Positions 50,847 to 60,800 of a stretch of 64,000 bases of DNA are shown in pieces. How positions within the stretch are numbered: position 1 is the stretch's first letter; each line of letters opens with the position of its first letter. Origin of the DNA: Candidatus Eiseniibacteriota bacterium (GTDB taxonomy: Bacteria; Eisenbacteria; RBG-16-71-46); the NCBI GenBank assembly GCA_963744995.1, contig CAVUWA010000010.1:448001-512000 (forward strand), read 5' to 3'. The position numbers were made by a program, and so were the translations under genes. The notes under the pieces are model-generated. The model saw nothing but the letters and a program-made list of their open reading frames with translations. It made no database searches and had not been told where the DNA came from.

Positions 50847-51866
50847 TCAGTGCATGGCCGGGGCGAGGTGGCGGACCGACGCCTCGATGAACCCGACTTC
50901 ATCCCCCGCATGGTTCTTCACCACCGTGCGCCGCAGCGCCTCCGCCGCGGCGCGTTCGTTCTCGCGCCAGAAATCCAGCAGGTCCAGCACGGCGGCGGTC
51001 GCCGGGCCCAGCGCCCGCTCCGCCCCGTCCTCCGTCTTCAGCACCACGCCGAGGCCACGCTCGGGAATCGCGAGACACTGCAGTCCCTCCGCCCCGCCCT
51101 TCGCCGTCAGCCGCCCGCCGGTCGCCTCCATGAGGCGCGTGGTCAGCTGGCCCGCGCCGCCCACGGCGACCGGGTGCCGGCTCATCACCGAGCGGATTCG
51201 CGCGAGCGCGGCCGCACGCGCGTCACCGCCCGCAGACGCCGCCCCGAGCCGCGCCCAGGCCCTGGCCATGGCCGTGATCGACAGGCCGAACGTGACCGCG
51301 CCGCAGCCGTCGACGCCGGTCGCGATCGTCGTCGCCGGGACGCCGGCCAGGTCGGCGACCGTGTCCAGCATCAGCCGCTGCACCGGGTGGTCCGCCTCGG
51401 CGTAGCCGCGCACCGGCCAGCCTTCGGAGCGGGCCAGACACAGCATCCCGGCGTGTTTTCCGGAGCAGTTATTGTACAGCTTCGAGCGGCGTTCGGGCTC
51501 GCGCTCGAGCAGGGCGCGCGATTCCGGATCGGCCGGCGGATGGAAGCCGCAGGCCAGGTCCTCGGGCCGGAGCCCGATGCGCTCGAGGATTCCGCTCACG
51601 ACGCGCAGGTGGTATTCGCTGCCGGTGTGCGAGGCGCACATGAGCGCGAGCTGCTCGTCGGTGAAACCCCAGCGGTCGGCATGCCCGCGCTCGACCAGCG
51701 GCAGGCACTGGAACGGCTTCGCCGCGGAGCGGAACGAAGTCACCAGATCCGCGCCGTCGCTCTCGAGCACGAGGCCGCCCTCCGGCGGGCAGGCCACGGC
51801 CTGTACGCGGTGCCGCGACTCGGCGATGGCGCCGCGCCAGATCAGGACGTCGAGCTGGATGCGCAT
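50847..51866 (-). CDS. L-asparaginase II (class 3) family protein
   Basis: RSAAKPFQ, CASH.G, NNCSGKH, DGCG, AKGGAEG. Confidence 0.9.
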   Translation of the reverse strand: MRIQLDVLIWRGAIAESRHRVQAVACPPEGGLVLESDGADLVTSFRSAAKPFQCLPLVERGHADRWGFTDEQLALMCASHTGSEYHLRVVSGILERIGLRPEDLACGFHPPADPESRALLEREPERRSKLYNNCSGKHAGMLCLARSEGWPVRGYAEADHPVQRLMLDTVADLAGVPATTIATGVDGCGAVTFGLSITAMARAWARLGAASAGGDARAAALARIRSVMSRHPVAVGGAGQLTTRLMEATGGRLTAKGGAEGLQCLAIPERGLGVVLKTEDGAERALGPATAAVLDLLDFWRENERAAAEALRRTVVKNHAGDEVGFIEASVRHLAPAMH

Positions 51867-51907
51867 GGTGCGGCGGGGCTCTCCCGGCACGTCGACCCGC
51901 TCCGCTG

Positions 51908-53020
51908 TCAGCGGATCACGACGAATCGGTTCTGCATCGTGAACTGGTCGGTCTCCACACGGTACATGTAGATCCCGGATGCCACGTCCCGCCCGTTCTG
52001 GTTCTTGAGATCCCAGCGGGCGAAGTCACGGACTGTGTCATCGTGATCGATCGTGGCGACGAGATCACCGGACACGGTGTAGATCCTGATCCGCGCATGG
52101 GCGGGCAGATTGATGAAATGCACCTCGTGCGCGCCGGGCTGGTCCCAGACCTCCTGCGCCCGGTATGGATTCGGCACGACGCGGACGAGCTCGAGATTCT
52201 CGGTGGGCCCGGCGGTCGGCTCGATCGGATTCACGAACGGGTTCGCCGCCGTCCCGTTGCTCACGTTGAGCGCCTTGTGATTCAGGTTGATCACGGGGCA
52301 GGTCGAGGTGTCACCGGGCGTGCCGCAGCGGGCGTAGTCGTCGAACGCGTCGCGGCCGCGCACGTAGAGGTCCTTGTAGTTGTTGTCGGACCGGTTGCGG
52401 GCCTCGTAAGTGACTGCGTACCAAGTGCGTACGCCATCATGCGGGCCCGGCGGCGGCACCAGCCTCACCACCGAGTCGCCGATCGAGAGGCAGCGCCCGA
52501 AGCGGTCGAGCACGCGGCAGACCTTCTGATAGCTCCCGGCCGAGTCGCTGTCGACGAACGTGACGACGCTGTCGTGCACCACGTTGCCCTGGCACATGAA
52601 CTGCAGCGTGGCCGTGTCGACGACGCTGAAGTTCCAGGTGCGCTCGTCGCCGGTATTGCGCGAGAAACGGCGGAGGAGCACCGCATAGGACGTGTCCGGC
52701 AGGTTGATCATCCGATAGACGCGGTAGCCGCCGAAGTCCGTGCGTGCCTCCGCGCGCCGGTCACGCAGGAAGCGCACGGTATTCGTCCGCGCGCGCGTGG
52801 CGACGCTGTCGGGCAGCGGACCCATGAAGGCCCCGATGCAGCGGCCGGGGCGGATCAGACTGCTGTCCTGATAGGCGCCCGGATAGGCCCACACGTGGAG
52901 CTTCGGGAAACCGGTCGGAACCTGTGCGTGCGCGGGGGCCCAGAGCCCGGCGCCGGCCACGAGAGCCAGCGCCGGGATCGACCACGAAAGAATCCGACCG
53001 AAGTTCGAAAGTCGTGCCAT
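51908..53020 (-). CDS. Secreted protein with FlgD/T9SS-like C-terminal domain
   Basis: Signal peptide; DFGGYRVYR; VRVVPNPY...F.NLP....IRIYTVSGDLV...WDLKN.NG..VASGIY...FVVIR. Confidence 0.85.
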   Translation of the reverse strand: MARLSNFGRILSWSIPALALVAGAGLWAPAHAQVPTGFPKLHVWAYPGAYQDSSLIRPGRCIGAFMGPLPDSVATRARTNTVRFLRDRRAEARTDFGGYRVYRMINLPDTSYAVLLRRFSRNTGDERTWNFSVVDTATLQFMCQGNVVHDSVVTFVDSDSAGSYQKVCRVLDRFGRCLSIGDSVVRLVPPPGPHDGVRTWYAVTYEARNRSDNNYKDLYVRGRDAFDDYARCGTPGDTSTCPVINLNHKALNVSNGTAANPFVNPIEPTAGPTENLELVRVVPNPYRAQEVWDQPGAHEVHFINLPAHARIRIYTVSGDLVATIDHDDTVRDFARWDLKNQNGRDVASGIYMYRVETDQFTMQNRFVVIR

Positions 53021-53026
53021 TCAGCG

Positions 53027-55414
53027 TCACTCCCTGGACTGGACCCGGGTCCCCCCCGGGACGGCTTTGCGACCGATCCCCGAAGGCACGGTCCTGGGGC
53101 TGGAAACGGATGCCGGAGCGGCCGGGCGCGCGGGCATCGATGGGATGCTCGTCATCCGCGGAACCGTCACCTCCGTGCGGCTGAGGTGCCAGATGTCCTC
53201 CATGACGAAGTTCACGAGCGCCTGGCAGTCGGAGCGGGTGTAATCCCAGAGCGCGAAGCCGGTGAAAACGAACGGCGCGCTCAGCGGACCGTGATAGTAC
53301 GTCATCGTCACGCGCTGTACCGACGTCGGCGGCAACTGGAACGTCACCACCCGGTACAGCGTGTCGAGCACGGACTGCTCGTCGAGGATGTCCGGATCGG
53401 GGTTCAGGTCCTCGAGCACGTAGTTCTGCAACGACAGGAACTCCGCATCCACCGTGCTCTTGTAGTAGACCGCTCCGGACTGACCCTCGCGGCCCGGCGG
53501 GAACGGATCGAGCGCCGTCGAGCGCGCGCGCATGGTCACCGGCAGGCGGTTGTAGTCCGGCACACCCAGCCAGGACGGATTCCGGCCCAGGTAGCGCTGG
53601 ATGAACATCTGCGCTGCGGCGACCTTGAACTGCGACCGCCACGCGGCGAGATCGTACATGAAGCGCCCCGGGATCAGCTCGCCCTGTGCGAAGTCGAACG
53701 TGATGCCGCCGCCGTCGTTGGTGTTCTTGTTCCAGGGAATCATCGTCGCGTAGCCGCCGCCGCCGCCGGCGAGCCAGACGTTGCCACCCTGCTTCACGTA
53801 GGCCGCGAGTGAATTGAAGCGTCCGGGCGTACTCATGTAACGCAGCGCCGTGATCGGCTGCGCCGGATCCGAGCCCGGGCCGTTGAAGGTGGCGCCTCGC
53901 GCATCGGTGAGCCAGACGACATGGCGGTACTGGCCGAGCTGAGCGAGCCGCACGACGACCTCGTTGTTGCCGGTCCGGGTTCCGGTCGTGTCGAAGTCGA
54001 ATCCCGCGAACAGGCCCGGCGGACTGATCGTCCCCGCCGGGTAGCACCGCCACGGATAGCCGCCCTTCGCGTACAGGAACGTGTCCAGCTCCGCCGCCGT
54101 CGGCCAGAGACCGATGGGCTGTTTCACGCAGTCGGCCCCCGCCACGAGTTCATCGCCGATGAGGCGGGTATCGTCCACGATCAACAGCGGTTTCTCGAAG
54201 GTGGCTTCGATCACCTGGAAGCGGACGATACCGAGGCTGCGCAGGCCGTTGTTGTCGAGGGCCTCGATGTAGAAGCGGTGTTCCTGGCCGCCCGCGAACG
54301 GGCCGACCGTGGCCTGCAGGATGTTGCTGCTCGCGGTGCTCCAGCGCGTGACGTCGTTCTCCTCGTCTTCGCGCGGTGTGTTGTCGGCCACGTCAGGGAT
54401 GTCCAGCGCCCAGCGGTAGCTCTGGATCTCCGAGCCCGGCTTGGGGGTGGCGAACCAGTTGAAGGTCACCCGCAGCCCTGAGGGGATCTCGATGAACACT
54501 TCGCGGCTCGGATCGGTCGAATAGCCGCCGCTCGGGTAGGTGAAATTGAAGAACTCGTTGAACATGGTCAGCACCGGGCCGAGATTGCCCGCGAAGCCGA
54601 CGCGGAAGCGCAGCATGTTCTTGTCGAGGTTGAAGATGGGTGAATAGGCGCCCGCCTCGTCGATGGCGATCACCACGAAGATGAAGTTCTGCCCCGGCGT
54701 GAGGTTGGTGAACTGCACCTCCGTCGTGTCGGCCGAGGTCGAGTCCCAGCCGGCGAACGTGGGTGCATAGTAGCGCCGCACCGAGTCGGGATTCGTGAGC
54801 GCGATGTCGATCGGGAACTCGGAGCCCTGGCCGATCAGCAGGTATTTGTACTTGACCGGTTTGCTGGTGAACTGGCCGTCGGGATCGGTGCCGGTCCAGC
54901 TGATGCGCACCGCGGGAGAGAGGTTGATGTTCACCTGCGACCTCGGAGTCGGCGCGAGAATGTCCACCGTGGGCGCCTGGGTGAACGAGAAGAACGAGCG
55001 TTTCACGATGTCCGAGTTGGCCCCCTGATCGTCCACCGCGCGGATCGCGAACGTGTGGAAGTCGAGCGCGCGCAGCTGGGGCTGGCTCGAGTCGGGGATC
55101 GTCGCCGTGAAGAACAGGATCTGCTCGTTCTTCGTCGTCTCGGTCCAGCTGATCGCGTCGTCGTCGGCGGGCGGGTCGATCGCATACTGGTACTTCACGA
55201 CGCGACCGTCCGGGTCGTTGCCGAGCCAGTTGAGCCGATACGCATAGAAATAGGCGGTGCCGTCGTTGAACGGCGCGGCAGTCAACTCGACCGTCGGCGG
55301 CTGGTTTGGAACGGGCGCGAAGACGCCGGCCTTCTTCCTGCCGCACCCGGGGGCGAACGCCGCGGCGACCCCCACGAGCAGGTAGACGAGATTCAGGAAG
55401 CGATTGGGTCTCAT
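53027..55414 (-). CDS. Large lipoprotein with repeated Fn3/Ig-like modules
   Basis: Lipobox-like APGC; NQPPTV.L, W.G.DPDG.V..Y.Y (twice), F.IRAVD..G. Confidence 0.8.
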   Translation of the reverse strand: MRPNRFLNLVYLLVGVAAAFAPGCGRKKAGVFAPVPNQPPTVELTAAPFNDGTAYFYAYRLNWLGNDPDGRVVKYQYAIDPPADDDAISWTETTKNEQILFFTATIPDSSQPQLRALDFHTFAIRAVDDQGANSDIVKRSFFSFTQAPTVDILAPTPRSQVNINLSPAVRISWTGTDPDGQFTSKPVKYKYLLIGQGSEFPIDIALTNPDSVRRYYAPTFAGWDSTSADTTEVQFTNLTPGQNFIFVVIAIDEAGAYSPIFNLDKNMLRFRVGFAGNLGPVLTMFNEFFNFTYPSGGYSTDPSREVFIEIPSGLRVTFNWFATPKPGSEIQSYRWALDIPDVADNTPREDEENDVTRWSTASSNILQATVGPFAGGQEHRFYIEALDNNGLRSLGIVRFQVIEATFEKPLLIVDDTRLIGDELVAGADCVKQPIGLWPTAAELDTFLYAKGGYPWRCYPAGTISPPGLFAGFDFDTTGTRTGNNEVVVRLAQLGQYRHVVWLTDARGATFNGPGSDPAQPITALRYMSTPGRFNSLAAYVKQGGNVWLAGGGGGYATMIPWNKNTNDGGGITFDFAQGELIPGRFMYDLAAWRSQFKVAAAQMFIQRYLGRNPSWLGVPDYNRLPVTMRARSTALDPFPPGREGQSGAVYYKSTVDAEFLSLQNYVLEDLNPDPDILDEQSVLDTLYRVVTFQLPPTSVQRVTMTYYHGPLSAPFVFTGFALWDYTRSDCQALVNFVMEDIWHLSRTEVTVPRMTSIPSMPARPAAPASVSSPRTVPSGIGRKAVPGGTRVQSRE

Positions 55415-57492
55415 GGTGCGGTACTCCTCGACGAGGCACTGGAGAATCCCGGTCCCAGGTGCACGGATGCGGATCCCGCGTTCGCGCGCGCGATGGGTGC
55501 GGGCGCGTAGAGCGGGAAGGTCTGCTTGGTGCAACGGCCCTTTCCGGCCTGCAATTCGCATTCACGGCAGTCGCAGAGCTCGACGACCATGTCGACCCTC
55601 TGGCTGACGATGTCCGTCGGGATCGGATACGACGGCACGTTCACCGTGGGCAGCCGGAACAGGTCCTGCGGTGAGATCGTCGTGTCGCGATTGGCGGCGT
55701 TCTTGCCCTTGAAGCTCACCGTGAAGCGGAGCACCTTGGTCGGCGTGGGGCCGCCGATGGGCGGCTGCTGCGCATTAGGATCGAGCGGATCGATGTCGTC
55801 CGCCAGCAGATTGATGTTCACCTGCCGCGTGGCCAGCGTGTCGGGGATCCCGCCCGGCTTGAGCTTGGGCGAGAAGGTCGGCGACGAGGTGAGCAGGAAC
55901 GGGTTGTAGTTCACCCAGAACGTCATGACCTTCTTCAGGCGATCGAGCCGCTCCTCCGGCGTACCGCTGGCGTCGACACGAGCGACCCAGGAATTGACGT
56001 TCGACGGCACGGATCGGTCGAGCCCCCCCAGGTCCTGTCCCGTGCCGTCCTCGGCACGGACGACCGCAAACGCACGCCCCGACATCAGCGCCTTCTGATA
56101 GCTGTTGATCGTCGGCTGGCGCCGGAAGTTGGTCGGATCGAACAGCGGATAGAGGCCGGTCACCGACGGCGCGCTGAACGGTCCGAACGGATCGAGGAAC
56201 GTGCCGACGAAGGCGCGGAAGCCGACCGGCGAGCCGTTCGCGGGCCCGGGTCGGATGACCGCCCCGGAGCCGCAGATGGTGGTGTCAGGCAGGTTGGGAT
56301 CGATCGGCGAGACCTTGACCGCGTAGGGCGAGTCCTGGTCGAAGCCGCCGTTGCCGAAGATCAGCCACGAGTTGAGATGGACCGTGTCCCCTTCCGTGCG
56401 CACGTACACCGTGTCCTTCCAGATCTCGGCGAAGGTGCGGTGGAAGGGCCGGGTCGCCGGAAGGGTGGATACCGAGTCGCACGACAGGAGGCTTCCGGTC
56501 AGCGAGAGTCCCGCGTAGCTGCTCACCTGCCGATACTTGAGCTGCTCGGTAGTCCCGGCGTACTTCGGGCGGCTGGACCAGATCGGTGAGTTCGGGTCCG
56601 GCCCCGACCACCAGGTGTCGGGCGCGAGGTTCATCCCGAAGCGGCGCGTGGTCTGGCGCGCGCCACCGGCCTGATCCAGCACCTTGAGCGAGAAGATCTT
56701 GAGGCCCGGCCCGGTCGCGCCGGCCGGATAGTCGACACGCCGGACGCTCGAATCGACACTCACGTAATCGGTTTCGTCGAGCTTGTATTTGAACGTGACG
56801 GGCACGAGCTGAGGGCTGGCGAGCTCGGCATGCCAGCGGAACGTCAGGCCGGACCCGACCGGCACGTAGTCCTGGGTCACGGTATGGGGGTCCAGCGTGT
56901 CGGAGACCGCGTAGACCGTGTCCTTCACGAACAGCGCACCGGAGGGCGATTGCCGGAAGACATGGCCCGTCGCCGCGGCTTCGTCGAAGACCGGGATCGG
57001 GGGATAGCGATCGAGGGCATTGAAGATGAAGCGGGCCGGGGTCGGATCGGGACGGCCCTTGTTGTCGACCGCATAAATGTAGAAGGCGTGCTGACGGTCG
57101 GGATTGAACTCCGCCACGTTGAAGATGAACGTGGAGTCCGTCTTCGTGGTGAAATGGTAGTCCCGCGGCTTGGGACCGGGCAGACGCGGCGGGAGCGTGC
57201 CACCGACGGGCACCGAGGTCGTCGTCTCGACGACCGCGTAGTAGTAGCCAATGACCTCACCGTCCTGGTCGGAGCCCGCCCAGTACAGGTGGAAGATGAC
57301 GGGGATCGTTCCCACGACCGGCGGGATGGCCCCGCCGACCGGGTCTTTGGTCGTGATCGTGTCCTGCGGCGCGGCGGTGATCCACGTCTCAGGCGGCTGG
57401 TTCGTGTCGACTTTGGGAACGAGCGGGTCGCGGCAACCCACGACGATCAGCACGGCATAAAGGCATACGACGAGCCCTGCACGTAAGCGCAT
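55411..57492 (-). CDS. Large lipoprotein, paralog of the 53027 gene
   Basis: Lipobox VVGC; NQPPETWI, W.GSDQDGEV.GY.Y, F.IYAVDNKG..DPTPA. Confidence 0.8.
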   Translation of the reverse strand: MRLRAGLVVCLYAVLIVVGCRDPLVPKVDTNQPPETWITAAPQDTITTKDPVGGAIPPVVGTIPVIFHLYWAGSDQDGEVIGYYYAVVETTTSVPVGGTLPPRLPGPKPRDYHFTTKTDSTFIFNVAEFNPDRQHAFYIYAVDNKGRPDPTPARFIFNALDRYPPIPVFDEAAATGHVFRQSPSGALFVKDTVYAVSDTLDPHTVTQDYVPVGSGLTFRWHAELASPQLVPVTFKYKLDETDYVSVDSSVRRVDYPAGATGPGLKIFSLKVLDQAGGARQTTRRFGMNLAPDTWWSGPDPNSPIWSSRPKYAGTTEQLKYRQVSSYAGLSLTGSLLSCDSVSTLPATRPFHRTFAEIWKDTVYVRTEGDTVHLNSWLIFGNGGFDQDSPYAVKVSPIDPNLPDTTICGSGAVIRPGPANGSPVGFRAFVGTFLDPFGPFSAPSVTGLYPLFDPTNFRRQPTINSYQKALMSGRAFAVVRAEDGTGQDLGGLDRSVPSNVNSWVARVDASGTPEERLDRLKKVMTFWVNYNPFLLTSSPTFSPKLKPGGIPDTLATRQVNINLLADDIDPLDPNAQQPPIGGPTPTKVLRFTVSFKGKNAANRDTTISPQDLFRLPTVNVPSYPIPTDIVSQRVDMVVELCDCRECELQAGKGRCTKQTFPLYAPAPIARANAGSASVHLGPGFSSASSRSTAP

Positions 57493-57536
57493 TCAAGCCC
57501 CCGGCACGCCCAGTCATTGTTAAGGGAGTGCGAAAG

Positions 57537-57565
57537 AAACTAGCAACCGCGACTCCCCCAGTCAA
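57537..57565 (-). promoter_or_regulatory. sigma70 promoter of the lipoprotein operon
   Basis: TTGACT-17 nt-TAGTTT with extended TG. Confidence 0.55.
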
Positions 57566-57838
57566 GACGCGGGCGAGTCGTCGGGAAGCTCCAAATGGGC
57601 GCGGAATCACCATCCGGGCCCTCCCGTCAACGGGGACCGGCCCGGCCCGGGCGCCGCGGGAGACAGGCCCGGGCTGTCCCCTGCCCCGCTCCAGGACACC
57701 GGCTCGGAGCGTCGGGGCCGTTGCACCAGCCATCTGGGCTTGCGTGCGAAGGGACGTTGCAGGGCGGGCTGTTCACCGGCAGGGCACGGGGGCTCCGCAG
57801 GACATGCATTTCTAACACGCAACCCTCCAAACGCCAAC

Positions 57839-57877
57839 AAAAAACCGGGGGACGGGACCCGAAGTCCCGCCCCCCGG
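57839..57877 (-). terminator. Intrinsic terminator of the 57900 gene
   Basis: CCGGGGGGCGGGAC-TTCG-GGTCCCGTCCCCCGG-TTTTTT on the minus strand. Confidence 0.85.
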
Positions 57878-57899
57878 CGGACTGCTACCGCTCGGACAG

Positions 57900-60800
57900 C
57901 TAGCGGAGGATGGTGAGCTTCTTCGCGAGCTCGAAGCCGCTGTCGCGGTACTTCAGCTGCGTGAAGTAGACGCCGCGCGGCAGCTGCCGTCCGGCGTTGT
58001 CGACACCGTCCCACACCAGGCTGTGCTCGCCGGCCTTGAACTTCCGGTCGGCCAGCGTGCGGACCAGACGACCGCTCACGTCGAACACCTTGACCTGGAC
58101 GAAATCGTCCTTCGCAAGGCCGAAGTTCACGGTGGCATAGCCGCTCACCAGCGGGTTGTTCCTCAGGTTCATGAAGTTCACGAACACCGAGCCGTCGCCG
58201 TTGTTCGGCGTATCCGTCGTGTTGATCGGCTGACCGACCAGAGCACAGTTCAGATCCGCGAACACGTTCGACAGGGTGTTGTACATCCAGGCCAGTCGCC
58301 CGTTGGTGACGCCGAAGCGGCCACGCATCGTCGAGATCTGCACACCGATGGTCTGCGAGATCCACGGATTCGTGGCGTTGTGTCCCTTCGTGACACCGAG
58401 AGGCAGAAGCGACGCGTCCGGAAGCACGTACTGCATGTTGACCGAAGCATCCGCAACGACCGCGTTCAGGTCGACCACGTCGTTCGTCAACAGACAGCTG
58501 TTGTTGACGCCGTAGACGTCGCCGGCACCCAGATCCACCGAGGGACCGACCTTGACGTCGACGTAACCACGCGAGTCAGGCACGAACAGCAGGTAGTTCG
58601 GGTCCTGGAACGTCGTCGCGAGGTAATCCGTGACGAACGTCTGCTGCGGCGGACCCTGATCGAAGGCCGCTTCCACGAAGCTTTCGCCGATGACGAGGAT
58701 GCCACGATCCGGCGTCGACGTGTTGCCCGTGCTCAGCCAGTTCTGGAACGTGGTGATGTCATCGGGCGTCGCGTCGTTGAACGGACCCCAGATGTTCGAG
58801 TTCAGATCGCCCGTCACGACAAGCATCATCTTGTAATACGTGTTGAGCATGTCGAGGGTCGGAGCGGTCATGCCCCACTTGCCGTCGATGCTGGTCCCGA
58901 CCGGCGCACGATAGCCAAGACGCTGGCCGATGCGGCAGGCACCAGTGGTGAGCGACTCGGAGGCCTTCACACCGTACATATCCCACAGCGTACCGGGCTG
59001 CTTGTTCTTGTTCAGGAAGTACGCGGGGTCATTGATGTCTCCATCGGCGGGCACGTTGCCGTAGCCGTCGGCGCTGCCGACGTCCGAAGCCTGCGTGGCG
59101 CCGATCGAGTCGGAGACGGCCTTCCACACGCGCTCGTTGCCACGACGATCGTCGTTGTCAACGAACAGCATGCAGGCCATCCCAACGCCGCCCTGACCGA
59201 ACGCCGAGTCCTTCCAGCGATCGGGGAGGACGCTGAACTGCTGCCAGCGGTGACCGTCCGTGTTCGGACCTTCATTGTTCTGCGGCGACACGAGGGTCGT
59301 GTCGGGCATCATCGCGAACACGCTGGTCGGGTTCTCCAGATCCTGACGGCGCACGAAGTACTGCACGTGGGCGCCAGGGGTCAGGAGACCGTCCGGAATG
59401 ATCTTGGTGCCTTCCATCGTCGTGGTGGAGCCATTCCAGCCGGTACGGCTCGTCGGCAGGGTGGTCACCCACGTCGGCGGATACGGGCCCTTGGCAGGGT
59501 TGCCGCAGGTCAGGTTGGGATCATTCGCGTTGGACACCGTGGTGTCGATCACGAAGCACACGTTCCGGGCGATGCCCAGGCTCGCACGAGCGCCGGCCAG
59601 CTCGGTTTCGTGATAGGTCGTGCACCACACCTGCCCGTTCGGGGGATTCGCGATGCTGGTGCCCTGGACCGGGAACTGCTCCTGGCCCCAGACCTCCGCC
59701 GAATCCATCCGAGCGCTGTTCCAGACCAGCGGGCTCCAACCACTCGGGGCAGCCGCGTGCGCTGCAAGGGCGGCACCCTGACTGATCGTTCCGTCGACAC
59801 CCGAGAACGCACCCGGGTTGGCCTGGTACGAGGCGAAGAAACCGGTACCGAAGTCACGGAGTCCGCTGTTCTCGTTACCGACGGTCTGGTAGTTACCGAC
59901 GCCGGGCTTGATGCGGAAGATCAGGTCCAGACGCATGGAGTCGCCCGAAGCCTGCACCGTCACCGAGTCACCGGGGATGTTGTAGCGGAACAGGTTGCCC
60001 GGTGTCGGTGCGGTGTTCAGACCGACCTTGATGTGCGCGGTGGCCGTATCGAAAGCCGCCGTGCCGGGCAGTCCCGCGGTCTCGTTCGCCGGGAACACGT
60101 CGTTGAAGATGTCCCAGATGTCCATGGCGAGCAGCTGCGGATTGCCATCGACGATCGCGAAGGAGCAGTTGTCGATATAGCCACCGTCGAGCGGTGAGCA
60201 GCCCGTGCTGATACCGAAGCGATAGCACTCCGACAGCTTGCGCAGACCGACGCGCATGGAGTCGGGGAAGCCATTCACATTCGACGTGAACACGAGTCCG
60301 TTACCGAACGAAGGCTCGATGTCGGCGAAGCACTGCTTCTCCGGGTTGAAGATCAGGAAGCCCGGGCTCGAAATCGTGCCCCAGGCCTCTACGCCATCCG
60401 ACTGCGTGGCCGGATACGACTGCACCAGGGGCTGCCACAGCTGGCCCTGGGTGAACACGTCGAAGTAGCCGGTGTAGACGTCGTAGTAGTAGTAGTAGTC
60501 ATCCGTCGCCCACCGCTCGGAGGGTGACAGATTCATGTTGTTCTTCGTCAGGTCCTTCGAGGTCTGGTCTGCGCCGGCGAGATTGATCGTCGGCGACATC
60601 ATGCCCCACATCCCTTCGTGCTCGCTCGAGAGCGGCGCCGGGTTCGTGGCGGCTTCAGCCAGATCGTGGATGCCCATGTTGATGATGATGCCCTGCAGAT
60701 CGCAGATGCGGTTAGGCGAACCGACCGGGCCGCAGATGTCCTGGTAGACCAGGTTCTGCGCGGTCATGTCTTCCGGATGGAAGTACGTGGCCGGCGGCTT

